NCBI GenBank assembly: GCA_047495785.1
Contig: JBLDXI010000028.1
Span: forward strand, 1,798,001 to 1,862,000
Source of the DNA: Lepidodermella squamata
Taxonomy: Eukaryota > Animalia > Gastrotricha
Direction: 5' to 3'
Length of the DNA: 64,000 bases
Below, one piece after another: positions 25,301 to 36,024 of the stretch (position 1 is its first letter; the number at the start of each line of letters is the position of its first letter). The notes beneath the pieces are model-generated. The model worked only from the letters and a program-made list of their open reading frames with translations, was not told the origin of the DNA and did no database searches. A program made the position numbers and the translations under genes.

Positions 25301-27148
25301 TACTAGATGTAGCGTCATTTTTTCGAAGGGAAAAGGCTGTTGAAGTCAATGAGTTGTTCCAATTCAGCAGAATCTGCCGTTAGCAGTGTATCAAGAGAAT
25401 CTTCCGCCGCCGAATCCCCTACCTGCTGCCACTACAACCAAGAAGAAGATTGAATAAATTCCTGACTTCTTTGTTAATAGTACTCGCGGCGGGAAGGTTT
25501 GTTTCTGCAAAGGCTATCTGTACAATTAGGTCGAAGAAAGTGGTGTTTATCGCTGTTCGCACTGCTCGAAAGCTAGTCTGGTTATGAACGCCGATGAACT
25601 TAAGTTGTAGGAGTTAAAGGCGTAACGCTCGTAGCGGATTAACAAGTATTGAGACGGACTGGATCGCAACGAACTGACCTTGATTCGTTCGCAAGTGGCA
25701 AGTCAATAAGCATGCTAAAAGTTTCATCAAGTCGTTTCGCATACGATAAATCATTGGTGAGTTCATTGCTTTTACTTGCCTCTCAAGTTAAGGCGATCTT
25801 TGCTATTGGTACGAAGGGGCTTCAAATTACTCGTCTACAAACAACGGCTTGGAGTCGCGAAACGGGTTCATAAAGAAGGACCGCGCCGTGTGGTCGTCCG
25901 AAAAAAGCTTCCAAGGCGTTGAAGTTTGATTCAGCTTCCGAAGCAGAGTCCGATGGGAATGTTGGTGCTGAAGAAAGATCTGACTATGCTTCCTCCCAAG
26001 CTAGCCAAACTAGCCGGCCAGCCGCGAAACTGGTCGCACTCATCACGTCTACTACACAGGAAACCACTACATGGCCTTTGGAAATTGAACTAACATGTTT
26101 CAAAGGATTATAGTCGACTTTCTAGCTTCATCTCATACTTATGATTCCCCTTTCTTTAAGCAACTGTTCAAAATTTAGGCTATAAACGCTAATCGCAGAG
26201 AATTAGATGAAACTCGCGACGCTGTGGAAACATTTTCGACAAACAAGAATTTTACCAACTTTTTGCGGTAAAAAAATTGCATTTGCTGAGAACAAAGATG
26301 CTACTGATAGAAAAAGAATTTGCTGAGAATTTGCTGAGATAAAAGGAATTTATGTAAACATGTTGGATTAAGCCTCAAATTGATGGTAGGAAAATTAACC
26401 CCATTTTACGCAATGTAATTCGAATAGCTTGCCCTAGTAATAAAATTGAGGTTAATTTTACAGCGGCGTAGAAAAAAATCGAAAATATTATTGCTTCGTT
26501 GGGGAAGAGAAAAAGCTCTATTTTAATCCTTGAACAACTCATTCACTTTTCAAAAAAATATTGGATCAAGTTTTTCTGACTATAATTTGAAGGCTATGAA
26601 AATATAAAAAGCTAACCTTTAATAAAACTGGAGGTTGCTCGAGGCTTGACTAGGAGTATTGCTCTGATGTAGTCCTTAGCGACGTCATCGTGGCCCAAAT
26701 GTGTGAAAGCGATCGCACACAGCTGGCATGCTCTCAAAGAATTCCGATCGATCTGAAACGCCAATTTCGCGTAGACAACGGCTTCCTCGAACCGCTGCAG
26801 CTGGATCAGGCATTGAGCAGCATTCGTGTACCAACGAGCGTCGCGCGGTGGCGGCCAATCGGCGGAGCAAATGCCGGACCTGTAGGCTCCGAATGCCCCT
26901 TCATAATCGCCAGCCTCGAACAATTTATTCCCGTCGAGGCGGCGTTCATTTTGCCTGGTTTCGACTTCTTTCATCAGTGATTCACCGCCGTTTAATTCGA
27001 CTCGAATTTGCTGGTGGAGTCGGTAAACGTCTTCCACTGATTTGAGACCAGCGATTAAATTGAGAGTTTCAGCGCTGCCCCAGCAATCCGATGATGTAAT
27101 CGGATCGCCATAGTCGTATTTGCCGAACACGGTTTCGAAGGTCTTCAT
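19332..27148 (-). CDS. TPR-family copy C, 611 aa; exons 26617-27148, 22555-23355, 19332-19834
   Basis: 532+801+503 nt in frame; introns 3261 and 2720 nt, GT-AG, phase 1. Confidence 0.85.
21001..21820 (+). mobile_element. MULE transposase C-terminal scraps (21001-21078 and 21668-21820)
   Basis: ITRTKNCSEGFKAKLNRRAKMPHQN resembles RTNNxxEGxNxxLN...HPN; YERLNSRLKQLVPQFGTRLVLDYLRAIA resembles the typical C-terminus. Confidence 0.65.
25530..25925 (+). mobile_element. Internally deleted MULE transposase
   Basis: WYEGASNYSSTNNGLESRNGFIK (catalytic E motif, from 25807) joined to an AT-hook-like GRPKKASKAL; YRCSHC upstream. Confidence 0.75.
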
Positions 27149-27470
27149 TATTTAATCGTAAAAAACCGAGACCTAACACGAATAAAAAATCAACCTTAAA
27201 AAAGAGCAAGCATAGTAGAAAAGAAAGAAAAGCAACGCGTCCACCAACACATTTTATAACCGTCTGCGCTATAAATGAACGACGTGGTCATTTTCTATTT
27301 CTCGCAACGCACGCGCCGAGCAGCCTCTCATAAAAGCTACGCACCGCTAGGTCAAAGTAATAATGATCGAGGTCAGTGCGTTGCTTTCCGCTGTGCCATT
27401 GATAGAAAGACAATCAGTTGCGTAATAAAACAGATTTTTCACCATCCCGTGATTATTTTATCGTCCAAAT

Positions 27471-29384
27471 TTAACCACGATTCAGAAAAAATGCATTGCA
27501 ATGAGCATTTGACTCCATGTCTTTCCTTAGCTTTTTCGAATTATTCGCGAAACCAGTCAGAATAACGATGACATTTCGCCGCAATTTAGCCACAAAATCA
27601 GGATCGCTTTTCGCAAGAAAATAGCCGGGCGATTTGATTGTTTGATCGAGTAGTATCAATTCTTCGAGGTAGCTACCCTCGTAACCCGAGTAACAAGGCG
27701 GTGATACCCAAAATTCCTCCAGATGATCGATTTTCACCACAATTCTCGCGAGACTTTGTAGCAAATTATCGACCTCACGTCTATTGATGAAAATTCGCGG
27801 TTCTTTTCTGAATTCCCGGATGACATGACGCAAGTTATCAGAGAGGTAAAGCGCGAATGAGGCTTGAGCAGAGCATGATTCGGCTATTTTCTTATCCCGA
27901 GTTACAGTTTCGAAGAATGGAGTCAGAGAAAAATGTGATCGAAAAGCGTTTTGACGGGCTAGGATGTTGACTATTTGACCTAGAAAAAACGATGAAAACT
28001 TCAAATTGATGCTCGGAAATTTATACAAACCGAGATTTGAAGCGATAGAAATGGCATTTCCTATTCCTTCTTTTGACGCCTTTTTCCTCCACGGCCCGAA
28101 GTACCAATCCGGGCATTTTTCAGCCGTATTAACGAGACACTCCAAAGTCGCAAGAAATAGCTGGTTTTTATCATTTTTCAGATCAATCGGTAAATAACAA
28201 AACGCAGCCATGCATAAATAGATGCCGAAAGTCGGGTCACATAGCGGCAAATGGCCTTCGACAAATCGTTCACGCATCGTTGGGCTTTCAAATAAACACA
28301 GCAGTAATTTCACGAAATTCTCGAAAATAAATCGATGAATTGGAGAAGTAACGACAAGTCGAAAATTTTCACGTCGAACAACTTGCCGGGCTAATTCGCA
28401 GAAAAATTCGAGAAAATTCGGAGTGGTAACCAAGTCGCGCATCGCTTGATCTTTGAGATTCACATTCTCAACTTTCTGCGGAATCATGTGAGTTGCGATT
28501 TCTAAAACTAACTGCATAACCATCGCCTCGAAGAAATTCAGTTTCGAGAAGTCAAATTCAGGCGAAAATAGTCGTTTAATCACCGGAATTTGTTTGAAAA
28601 TTCGCATAAAACCAGCGTCAAACAACGGTCGACATCCATTTTCGCATTGATGCTCGTGCTGGACCAGTTCATACAGGGTGAATAGGAAAATTTCCTCGTT
28701 GATCGTTGAATTTCCAATCGAAATAAGCCGTTTAATCGAATTTTTAAGATGTTCACAATTTTTGCCATCGTGACAACTGTGGCAGTCTTGCCGAGTCGGG
28801 AAATTAGGCGGTCGAGCTTTTCGAATTTTCAGCATAATTGCCATGACTCGAACAACGAACCCAGGATGGGCTTGTGGGTTGATTTTCATGGTCATAATGT
28901 GTCCGTAATGCTCAGCCATGTGATCATAGCCGAGATGCGTGAAACCCCACATGCAAAACTGACATGCTCGGTACGAATTCGGATCGATTTGAAGCGCCAA
29001 TTTCGAGTAGAGAATCGCCTCTTCATATCGCTTCAATTGAATAAGACACTGAGAAGAATTTGTGTAGAAACGAGTATCGCTAGGTGGCGGCCAATCGGGG
29101 GAGTAAATCGCCGATTTGTACATTTCCAACGCGCCTTCTAAATCGCCGGATTCGTACAATTCGTTGCCTTCCAATCGAATTTGTTCCTGTTTATCGGCGA
29201 TATCTTTCATAGCTGATTCGCCATCGCTTAAATCCGTTCGAATTTCTTGATGTAGCTTTTTTATTTCCTCGACAGATTTCAGCCCGGATAGTAATTTCAA
29301 GATTCCGGTATCGTTGAAAGTATTCGAAGATGAAATTGGGTCACCATACTGAATTTTACCGAAAAATGCCTCAAACGCGTTCAT
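27471..29384 (-). CDS. TPR-family copy B, 620 aa; exons 28031-29384 and 27471-27979 (no intron 1)
   Basis: The single 640-aa ORF contains a 51-nt in-frame GT-AG intron (27980-28030) at the conserved ASNLG position; ATG at 29384. Confidence 0.9.
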   Translation of the reverse strand: MNAFEAFFGKIQYGDPISSSNTFNDTGILKLLSGLKSVEEIKKLHQEIRTDLSDGESAMKDIADKQEQIRLEGNELYESGDLEGALEMYKSAIYSPDWPPPSDTRFYTNSSQCLIQLKRYEEAILYSKLALQIDPNSYRACQFCMWGFTHLGYDHMAEHYGHIMTMKINPQAHPGFVVRVMAIMLKIRKARPPNFPTRQDCHSCHDGKNCEHLKNSIKRLISIGNSTINEEIFLFTLYELVQHEHQCENGCRPLFDAGFMRIFKQIPVIKRLFSPEFDFSKLNFFEAMVMQLVLEIATHMIPQKVENVNLKDQAMRDLVTTPNFLEFFCELARQVVRRENFRLVVTSPIHRFIFENFVKLLLCLFESPTMRERFVEGHLPLCDPTFGIYLCMAAFCYLPIDLKNDKNQLFLATLECLVNTAEKCPDWYFGPWRKKASKEGIGNAISIASNLGLYKFPSINLKFSSFFLGQIVNILARQNAFRSHFSLTPFFETVTRDKKIAESCSAQASFALYLSDNLRHVIREFRKEPRIFINRREVDNLLQSLARIVVKIDHLEEFWVSPPCYSGYEGSYLEELILLDQTIKSPGYFLAKSDPDFVAKLRRNVIVILTGFANNSKKLRKDMESNAHCNAFFLNRG

Positions 29385-30849
29385 TTTTCGCAAATTTAAA
29401 ATTGTCTAAAATTTTAAGGGTAAATAATTCAAAAATAAAGTTAAAAATTCTAAATGATCGTTAAATCGAAATAAAACAAGGCAGCAGAAAAATGCTGGAA
29501 AACAAAACCATAAATTCCTCCGAAATAAAATTAAAAAAAAAAATAAAAATCAAATTGAGATCTCTCTTTGTTCCGTTACGACGTTAATAAAAAATTTCGA
29601 ATATAAAAAAAACACCATTTTATGGCTCAAAATTTCGAAGCATCAGCGCATGCTTCAATCAAATTTCAGAAAATCAAACTCGAAGTATCATATTACACAG
29701 AGATTTCATTAGGTCGTTTCCAAGCTGAATCGATAGAATTGATGTCACTTTCGAATTTTCTCGAAATTTTCGAAAAACTGCACAGCACGTGACTGAGGTT
29801 GTACTGCAGTGAACGAGCGTATCCTGGGTCGTTATTCGGCAGCCATCCAGATTTGAGTGACTTGGCAAACATCGCCAGATCTTCGATGAAACTGCCCTTC
29901 AAGCCGTTGTAACACGGTGGAGATTCCCAGCATGGATCCAACCTATTCAATCTGGCAGTGACATGTGCGAGAAGTAGGACAAAATCATTAGCGTCTTTCC
30001 GGATAAGAAAATCGTGGGAGAGTCGGCGTAGATCGCGCATCACGATCGATAGATTGCGAGAAACGTAAAACGCAAAGCATGGATTGTTGCCGCAAGCTTC
30101 GGCAATTGTCTTATCCCCAGTAGCACCCTGCCAGAATAACGTTGGAGTGATATAGATTATAGATTTCATGTTCTTGGCGGGCAATGAAGTAAATGAGATG
30201 CCCTAAAATGGAAGAGAAAGCTTATCAGAATGTATTATGTTGAGAGATATTCAGATCTGAAACCCAATTCAAATCAGAAATTCACAAATTCGAAAATTGG
30301 GTGCAGTACAATGTTTAAAAAATTTCAATTCCTTCGAACTTCATTGCTTCATGCCATATCCACTTTTCCAATTTTAAAATTGATCAATCGACATCATTGG
30401 ATCTACCAGAGTTATTTTCAAACCCCAGAAACCTTCTTAAACATATTGGCAACCAAATTCGACGCCGGTTAGCCTTCTTGAATTTTTTCGATACCTATTA
30501 ATTCTCAACTGAAACAAGGACGAAAGGTCGCCTAAGAATACCAGCTACTGAGCCGATAAAACGCCATTCAACCAATAGAGATTTTTGTATTCAATGTAAT
30601 TAATCTATTAAGAATTGATTTTCATAGGCTAATTTGTTGGAGAATCGGTTAAATCCCAAGCTCAGATATGCAAGCATCCTCGAATATCTCAAACAGTTAA
30701 CGGATCCAGAAAGGAATTTACAGCCCATTCACCATGGAACGCCGGTGCGATTGGTAATGGAATTAGTTTATACGGAAGAAGAATTGCAAGGATTTGTTTT
30801 CACTGCAAACGGTGCAACAACAATACTGTTTACCCTAACGGTAACTATG

Positions 30850-31015
30850 AAACCCGAACCGATGAAATGAGGCGAGAGGCGGCTACACGAAACTGGATTC
30901 TCTCAAAAGGCCTAAACGAGTGGGCTTGCGTTCTCGAAATTCCCGGATTCGGCCCAACCAAGCAGTGCCCGGTTGAGCCCATGCATAACCTCTTCCTTAG
31001 GGTGGTGAGGTACCC
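30850..31015 (+). mobile_element. CACTA/EnSpm-type (CMC) transposase fragment
   Basis: WACVLEIPGFGPTKQCPVEPMHNLFLRVVRY resembles LxxPGFDxxxxxPxDxMHxxxLGVxK; flanked by further decayed coding scraps (30634-31550). Confidence 0.65.
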
Positions 31016-32060
31016 GCTGCTCAATATTTGATGCAACTCTGCCTCGCCGAAACATGTGAAGAATTTTGCTCGGATAAATCAGCACATTAATCGATCCGCC
31101 TCTTTCAGCCCTGGTCATTCCTTTTACGGATGCAGTTAACGCAGTTGTGGTGATCGCATTTGCCGAAGAATTTAAACTGGCGCCTTTCCGGGAGACTGGA
31201 CTGGTCTTTAAGGAGCTTGGCAAAGGTGTCAGACAAGTCATTAAATCATTTGCGGAGCGCGACGGCGAATTCAACATTTTTACTACCCTCATCTACAAGC
31301 GGACGATGTATAACGAGCCCGTGGACAAAGAAGAACGGCTGCTAGCAGGACGTTCTGGTCGACGCGCGCGAATCGTTGGCAAGATGTGCAAGGACTGGCC
31401 CCTGTCGCCAATCGAGGGCGATCCTTATTTCAAAGACGATGACAACACTGCCTCGAACATTCGGCGTGTGGCTTTGCTCATTCAATCTTCAATCTTCAAT
31501 ATTCATTTGTTGATGTTGACCCCGAGACGAATGTCTTCGAACTTTTAACGCTCGACAAGTTTAGGAAGAAGTTGATTTTGAACCCTTCTGTTCATTTAGA
31601 TGTCTCTTGGACCCCCTCGGCTGAGTACCATTAGGTTTATTCCTTTTTATAATTCGACTTTGATTAGCCGAATTGTCTACTGATCTCTCAAAAGATTGAA
31701 AGAGCTCTTTTCAAACCAATGTTTTTGCAACCAGCCGAATTTAATCAATTTTCGGCTGGTATTGATGAGTGAAATTGCCGCTTTCCAAAGTTTTCAAGGG
31801 CCATCTAATTTACTAATCGACTATATTTCCGAGAACAACATGAATGAACCCGTCCTCGCCGCGCCACCGGGTATAAACGGCCGCCAATTGCAACGTCTCT
31901 ACCAGGGCTACAACTGGCAGCGGTTGTGGCGCTCGCTCAGCCGGTCTGTGAACCAGCATGGTTTAGACTTAAAGTCTGGCAAGGTACCTGGCCAACCTGT
32001 TGCCCGTCCGCCAGCGCGCCGCTGATGAGGCCGAAGAATGAAATATGTCCTTGAGATCTG

Positions 32061-32264
32061 TGTGACCGGCGGTCACTTGGTTGGCACGCGCCCGTTGCTG
32101 CACCCCTGCCAAGGGACCACCTGTCACATCCCGCCAACCCAGGGTCGCGTGCCCCTGCTGTATATAAACTGGCCCTATGTGGCCCTGAAGATCAGTTCTC
32201 TTACGAATAAAGCTAGTCTAGTTGCTTAAACCGGGGACCGTCACACTGGCACCGAGACCCGGAA
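32061..32264 (+). mobile_element. LTR retrotransposon 5' LTR (185 bp) plus primer-binding site, truncated
   Basis: TGTGAC...GTCACA termini (32061-32245), internal TATATAAA and AATAAA, followed by TGGCACCGAGACCCGGAA (14/18 match to the complement of a tRNA-Phe 3' end, TGGTGCCGAAACCCGGGA). Confidence 0.7.
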
Positions 32265-32274
32265 GTTGGTTGTA

Positions 32275-33042
32275 CAGTATATTTTCAATATAGTGAACGC
32301 TGTTCGTGCCATCAAGTTTGTTCACTATAACGAAATTCCACTAGTGAACGACTAGTTGCAAATAAAGGAGGGAGAAAAAAATTCTTCTACTACTACAGTA
32401 TATTATCGTTATAGTGATAGCCGTTTATAGTGAACTATCGCTGCAGTGAACGATTTTGCTGGCACGCGGCTCAAAGTGGCCTATTTACCTTATAATAGCT
32501 ATCGGTATTGTGAACGACACATATAGTGAACAATCGTCATTGTAAACGCTTTTTGCGGCGCATGCGCCATATAAAACACGTGTTTAGCGAGCGATATAAT
32601 GAACGAGGCTAAATTTTGAAAACAAATTCTTCAAAAACGATTTCAAAAACTTGATGAACCGTAAAAAGACCTGAAAATCGTTCTCAAGCTTCTAAAATTG
32701 GTGAATCTCGAGCGTAGATTAAGGGTCTTAAGCGCAATTTCGCACGGCTCAAATGGGCCAGCAGTTGTCAGGTTTCGAGGCCCACCCCTTGAAAAAGCTT
32801 CAAGGAGCGGGCCCCGAGCTGTTGGCGACTATCAGAACTGTTCAAACGACTATTACTGATTACTTTTCGCTTAAGAATCAGATTTTTCTAGTATACATAC
32901 GCCGCCGATGCATTTAGCAGTAATATTCGGAGCTTTGAAGCCATATAAGCGTTTTCTTTTTCAACTATCACTATAGTGGAATTTCGTTATAGTGAACAAA
33001 CTTGATGGCACGAACAGCGTTCACTATATTGAAAATATACTG
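32275..33042. mobile_element. pogo/Tigger-like (Tc1/mariner superfamily) non-autonomous element with TA flanks
   Basis: TA|CAGTATATT...AATATACTG|TA; 71-bp perfect inverted repeat 32273-32343 / 32974-33044; a second TA|CAGTATATT end at 32396; TATAGTGAAC subrepeats. Confidence 0.8.
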
Positions 33043-34732
33043 TATTTTCCGACCAATTCCGACTCGTCAACATTCGATTTTAAAAGTATCAGTTTGAAAT
33101 TTGAAATCTTGTGAATTCCTTAATTTCAGAATATTTTAGTAGTATTCAAGGAACAATAGGTTTGCATTTGCAGTATTTTCAAATCAAAATATTTACCAAG
33201 ATTCGAAGCAATCGTAATAGCGTTGCCAAGTTCGGCTTTCGACGCCTTCCGCCACGGTTCCAAGTACCATTTCGAGCACTCATCCGTCAAATTACCCAGC
33301 CTCGCCAAAGCCATGCCAAACGGCCCACCAGGTCTTACGTCCAACCTTGGGGACGTACAGAACCCTGTCAGCCAGATGTAGACCCCAAACGAAGGGTCAC
33401 ATAAGGGGTAGTGCCCCTTAACAAAGCGTTCCCGCATGACAGGGCTGTCATCTAACGGAATCATCAGGGCGACAAACCGCTTGAAAATGAATCGATGTAT
33501 CGGCGACTGGGTCAAAAGTCGCATCACATCTCGCCTCGTGAACTGCCGGCCCAATTCACACATGAATTCGACGAAATTCGGGGTGGTAACAAGATCGCGC
33601 ATGGCCTGGTCTCGAAGGTCCAGTTCCTCGGTATCGTTCGGTACAAGGTGAATCAGCAGTTTGAAAACCAGTTGCATTACCACGGTCTCGAAAAATGACA
33701 TTTTCATGAAATTTACATCGGGTGAAAACAGCCGTTTGACCAGTGGTATTTGCTTGAAAATTCGCATAAGGCCGGCATTATACAACGGCCGAGTGCCACC
33801 TGCGCCGCTTTTCACGTAGAGGCATAACTCGTAAATGGTGAACAGGAAGGTCATTTCAGCCTTCGATCCGGCGGCTATGGGTAAACTGCCGATTGATATC
33901 AGCCGTTTTAGGGTGCTTTTCATTTGATCATTATCGTAAGACCATTCGCGACCTGGCTGGCGTTGGTGGCGGATCGTGCTGATGAGGGCAGCAAGTTCTA
34001 AATTAAAAAATAAGTAATACTCAAATAAATTTGAGGGGCGCAATTTTGGATAAGTCCGCCTACAATTAACAGCAGTCAAGTCCCGCAAAAAATAACCAAA
34101 ATGACCGTTTAAACGAGTGAAAAGTGAGGTTTGGCGAACTTTTTCTATTTTCCAGCAAATCTAAAAAAATTCTTATAATCCAAGATTTTGTCACTTTTTT
34201 CTTGAGGATTTTTAATTTAAAAATTTCAGACCTCTGGGATGCTCCCATGCTCCTCAAAATGCAGTAAACACAAGAGTGTCGCACTCAAGTAGTATTGATT
34301 CAGGTTGATATGGAGACACTAGCTCGATTACACCAAAATTATTACCATCAGAATTTATTACGCGGGGAATTATTGAAGCATCAATAACTCAATTTTTTTA
34401 GTCGAATTTTTTCGAAATTTGCATTTTTCACTGGTAAGCTTTCAAGCCCGATTTCTCAGCGATTTCTCAGCGACCCTGATAATCAACCTCTTTTTATTTA
34501 TTTCATTGTTTTCTTATCTCATATTATTTTTTTTATATATTTTTCAGTTTCATGTCAACCTAAGGACAATAAACTTTGAATTTAGTATCGTTCGACTCCT
34601 TGTTCATCAATCTTTCAAGTGGCACAAAATTCTCACGAAGATCAAAATTTCGCCAAGCCCCACTTTTCACTTGTAAACGGTCAAATATAGAATTGTCGCC
34701 AAAAATATAGGTCGAGTCGCTATGACAATTCG

Positions 34733-36024
34733 ATATTTTACGGTATAACATTCGTAAATCGTTCATATCTGAACTCGCCGCACTCGATTTACTCATCGCA
34801 ACTCGCCTCCGGCTCGTTCGTGTCCCCTATTTTCCGCTAAAAATGTTCCGCTAAATTAATTCCGCTAAAAAAACTTCCGCGTTTTTACACTTCCGCCAAT
34901 GGATTTTCCGCCAGTGCATTTCCGCTTACTTCACCTTTCCGCTTACGTAGACTTCCGCTGGCAGCAGTTCCGCCTCTTTTTAATTTCAGCTAATATTTTA
35001 TTCCGCTGGCAATCAACATACAAGTAACTTGTTATATTTCAGTTTCGTATTTGTTATCACCAAATGATTGGTTTTTATTATAATGAAAGATCAGAAAATT
35101 GAAGCCAGTGATCAATCAACTGGTGTTTGGCAATTAAATTTCCGCAAAAATAATTTGGGCTTCGCAAAACATAACTCAAAATTTAAGGTTTGAAAAAATT
35201 CGAACATGATAAATAGCAAATTGCGATATAGATCAATCGGGCTCATTTGAAGAGTCATCGGAGGAACACGAATCCGAGCTCGGTTGATACTCTGAGCCGT
35301 CATCGACTTCTATGGCGGTGCCGGAGCCTTGTGCAGGGTTTCCGGGGAGACCTTCGACTGGTCTTTAGAGCTCTTGAACAAAATCGGCGAAAACTTGACG
35401 GCGAGAATTATAGGATAACAATAATTTGATGTCGCATCAATTAATTTGTTAATTAACAATTTGTTAAGAGAATTTGTTGAAGCTCATTTTGAACTATTGG
35501 AAAATTTGAAAAAAATTAAAAAAATTTCGATTACAAATAACGACTTCGAAATTTCCAGTCCTAGCCCTTTATAAGTTAAGAGAAAATATGTCAGCGGAAA
35601 ATTATTGTAGCGGAAAAACATTGGCGGAAATATCATTGAGCGGAAATATCACTTGGCGGAAACTCGAATAGCGGAAATTGTTTTAGCGGAAACGCCGTGG
35701 CGGAAAAGCATTGGCGGAAAAGAGGGAGAACCCTGGCAAATACTATCGAAACTATATTTGTATGGTATGACATGAGTAAAACGTTTATATCTGTACGGAG
35801 CCGCCCGAGATTTACGAGTCGTAACGAGCCGGTTCTCCCTCTTTTCCGCCAATGCTTTTCCGCCACGGCGTTTCCGCTAAAACAATTTCCGCTATTCGAG
35901 TTTCCGCCAAGTGATATTTCCGCTCAATGATATTTCCGACTCGTTCCGGCTCGTTACGACTCGTAAATCTCGGGCGGCTCCGTACAGATATAAACGTTTT
36001 ACTCATGTCATACCATACAAATAT
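34733..36024. repeat. Imperfect palindromic element (arms 34733-34818 and 35948-36024) split by an insertion at its apex
   Basis: The arms are reverse complements apart from regularly spaced TC/TC mismatches and some divergence. Confidence 0.7.
34819..35732. mobile_element. Non-autonomous DNA transposon (MULE/foldback-like) with TTCCGC-subrepeat TIRs and an 8-10 bp target-site duplication
   Basis: Left end CGTGTCCCCTATTTTCCGC, right end GCGGAAAAGAGGGAGAACC; ~15-bp periodic TTCCGC/GCGGAA motifs; GGCTCGTT at 34811-34818 and again at the reconstructed right junction (35948-35955). Confidence 0.75.

Noticed and set aside
27471-29393. 640-aa ORF read as an intronless gene or retrocopy
   Set aside because: It contains a 51-nt GT-AG intron at the conserved intron 2 position, and the listed start is TTG; the ATG is at 29384.
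32022-32050. CTGATGAGGCCGAA hammerhead-like core
   Set aside because: No partner strand for stem II; it reads equally well as codons ADEAEE in a decayed ORF.
34830-35720. Periodic TTCCGC/GCGGAA motifs as a CRISPR-like array
   Set aside because: 6-bp motif with ~15-bp period in inverted orientation at element ends; these are TIR subrepeats, with no cas genes and a eukaryotic context.
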